Position numbers and translations under genes: made by a program. The notes under the pieces are model-generated. The model saw nothing but the letters and a program-made list of their open reading frames with translations, did no database searches and was not told the DNA's origin. Of a DNA stretch of 64,000 bases, positions 63,962 to 64,000 are shown in pieces. Every line of letters starts with the position of its first letter. Within the stretch, counting starts at the first letter, position 1. This stretch comes from Chlorokybus atmophyticus (taxonomy: Eukaryota; Plantae; Mesostigma and Chlorokybus algae): NCBI GenBank assembly GCA_009103225.1, contig RHPI01002910.1, positions 442,759 to 506,758 on the forward strand, written 5' to 3'.

Positions 63962-64000
63962 CTGAGGGTGATTTTGGGTAGGTGTTGGGGTGTTAAGTTG

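Overview
Eukaryotic green-lineage nuclear DNA with short GT-AG introns, CATG/TGCA-rich introns and one N-gap. A nuclear ndhL together with LCIB, BADC and a NIGT1/HHO-type GARP gene points to an alga that kept the plastid NDH-1 complex, such as an early streptophyte alga or a prasinophyte (inference). Layout: (1) 1-10.3 kb is a nested cluster of decayed LTR retrotransposons (two Ty1/copia, one Ty3/gypsy-like gag-protease, one gag-only element) plus a palindromic MITE-like array. (2) 13.6-20.7 kb holds host genes: BADC, an unknown spliced gene, an EF-hand protein and a TSJT1/DUF3700-like protein. (3) About 25.2-39.3 kb is a decayed accessory block centred on a Plavaka (CACTA-related) transposase. 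It also carries a phage-type C5 DNA methyltransferase apparently joined to a Tudor domain and Zn fingers, an OTU deubiquitinase-RING gene, two or three unknown genes, and GTACCAT/ATGGTAC palindrome clusters upstream of both the transposase and the methyltransferase. A Penelope-like RT follows. (4) 42.9-64 kb holds host genes: ndhL, GEMIN6, a leishmanolysin-like peptidase, TAPT1/POD1, NIGT1/HHO with a dense upstream GAATC cluster, and a 5-prime-truncated LCIB. The best candidate for an undescribed system is the Plavaka transposon carrying a chromatin reader/writer and ubiquitin-editing toolkit. All calls come from reading motifs by eye; no database search was run. I saw no rRNA, tRNA or CRISPR arrays.
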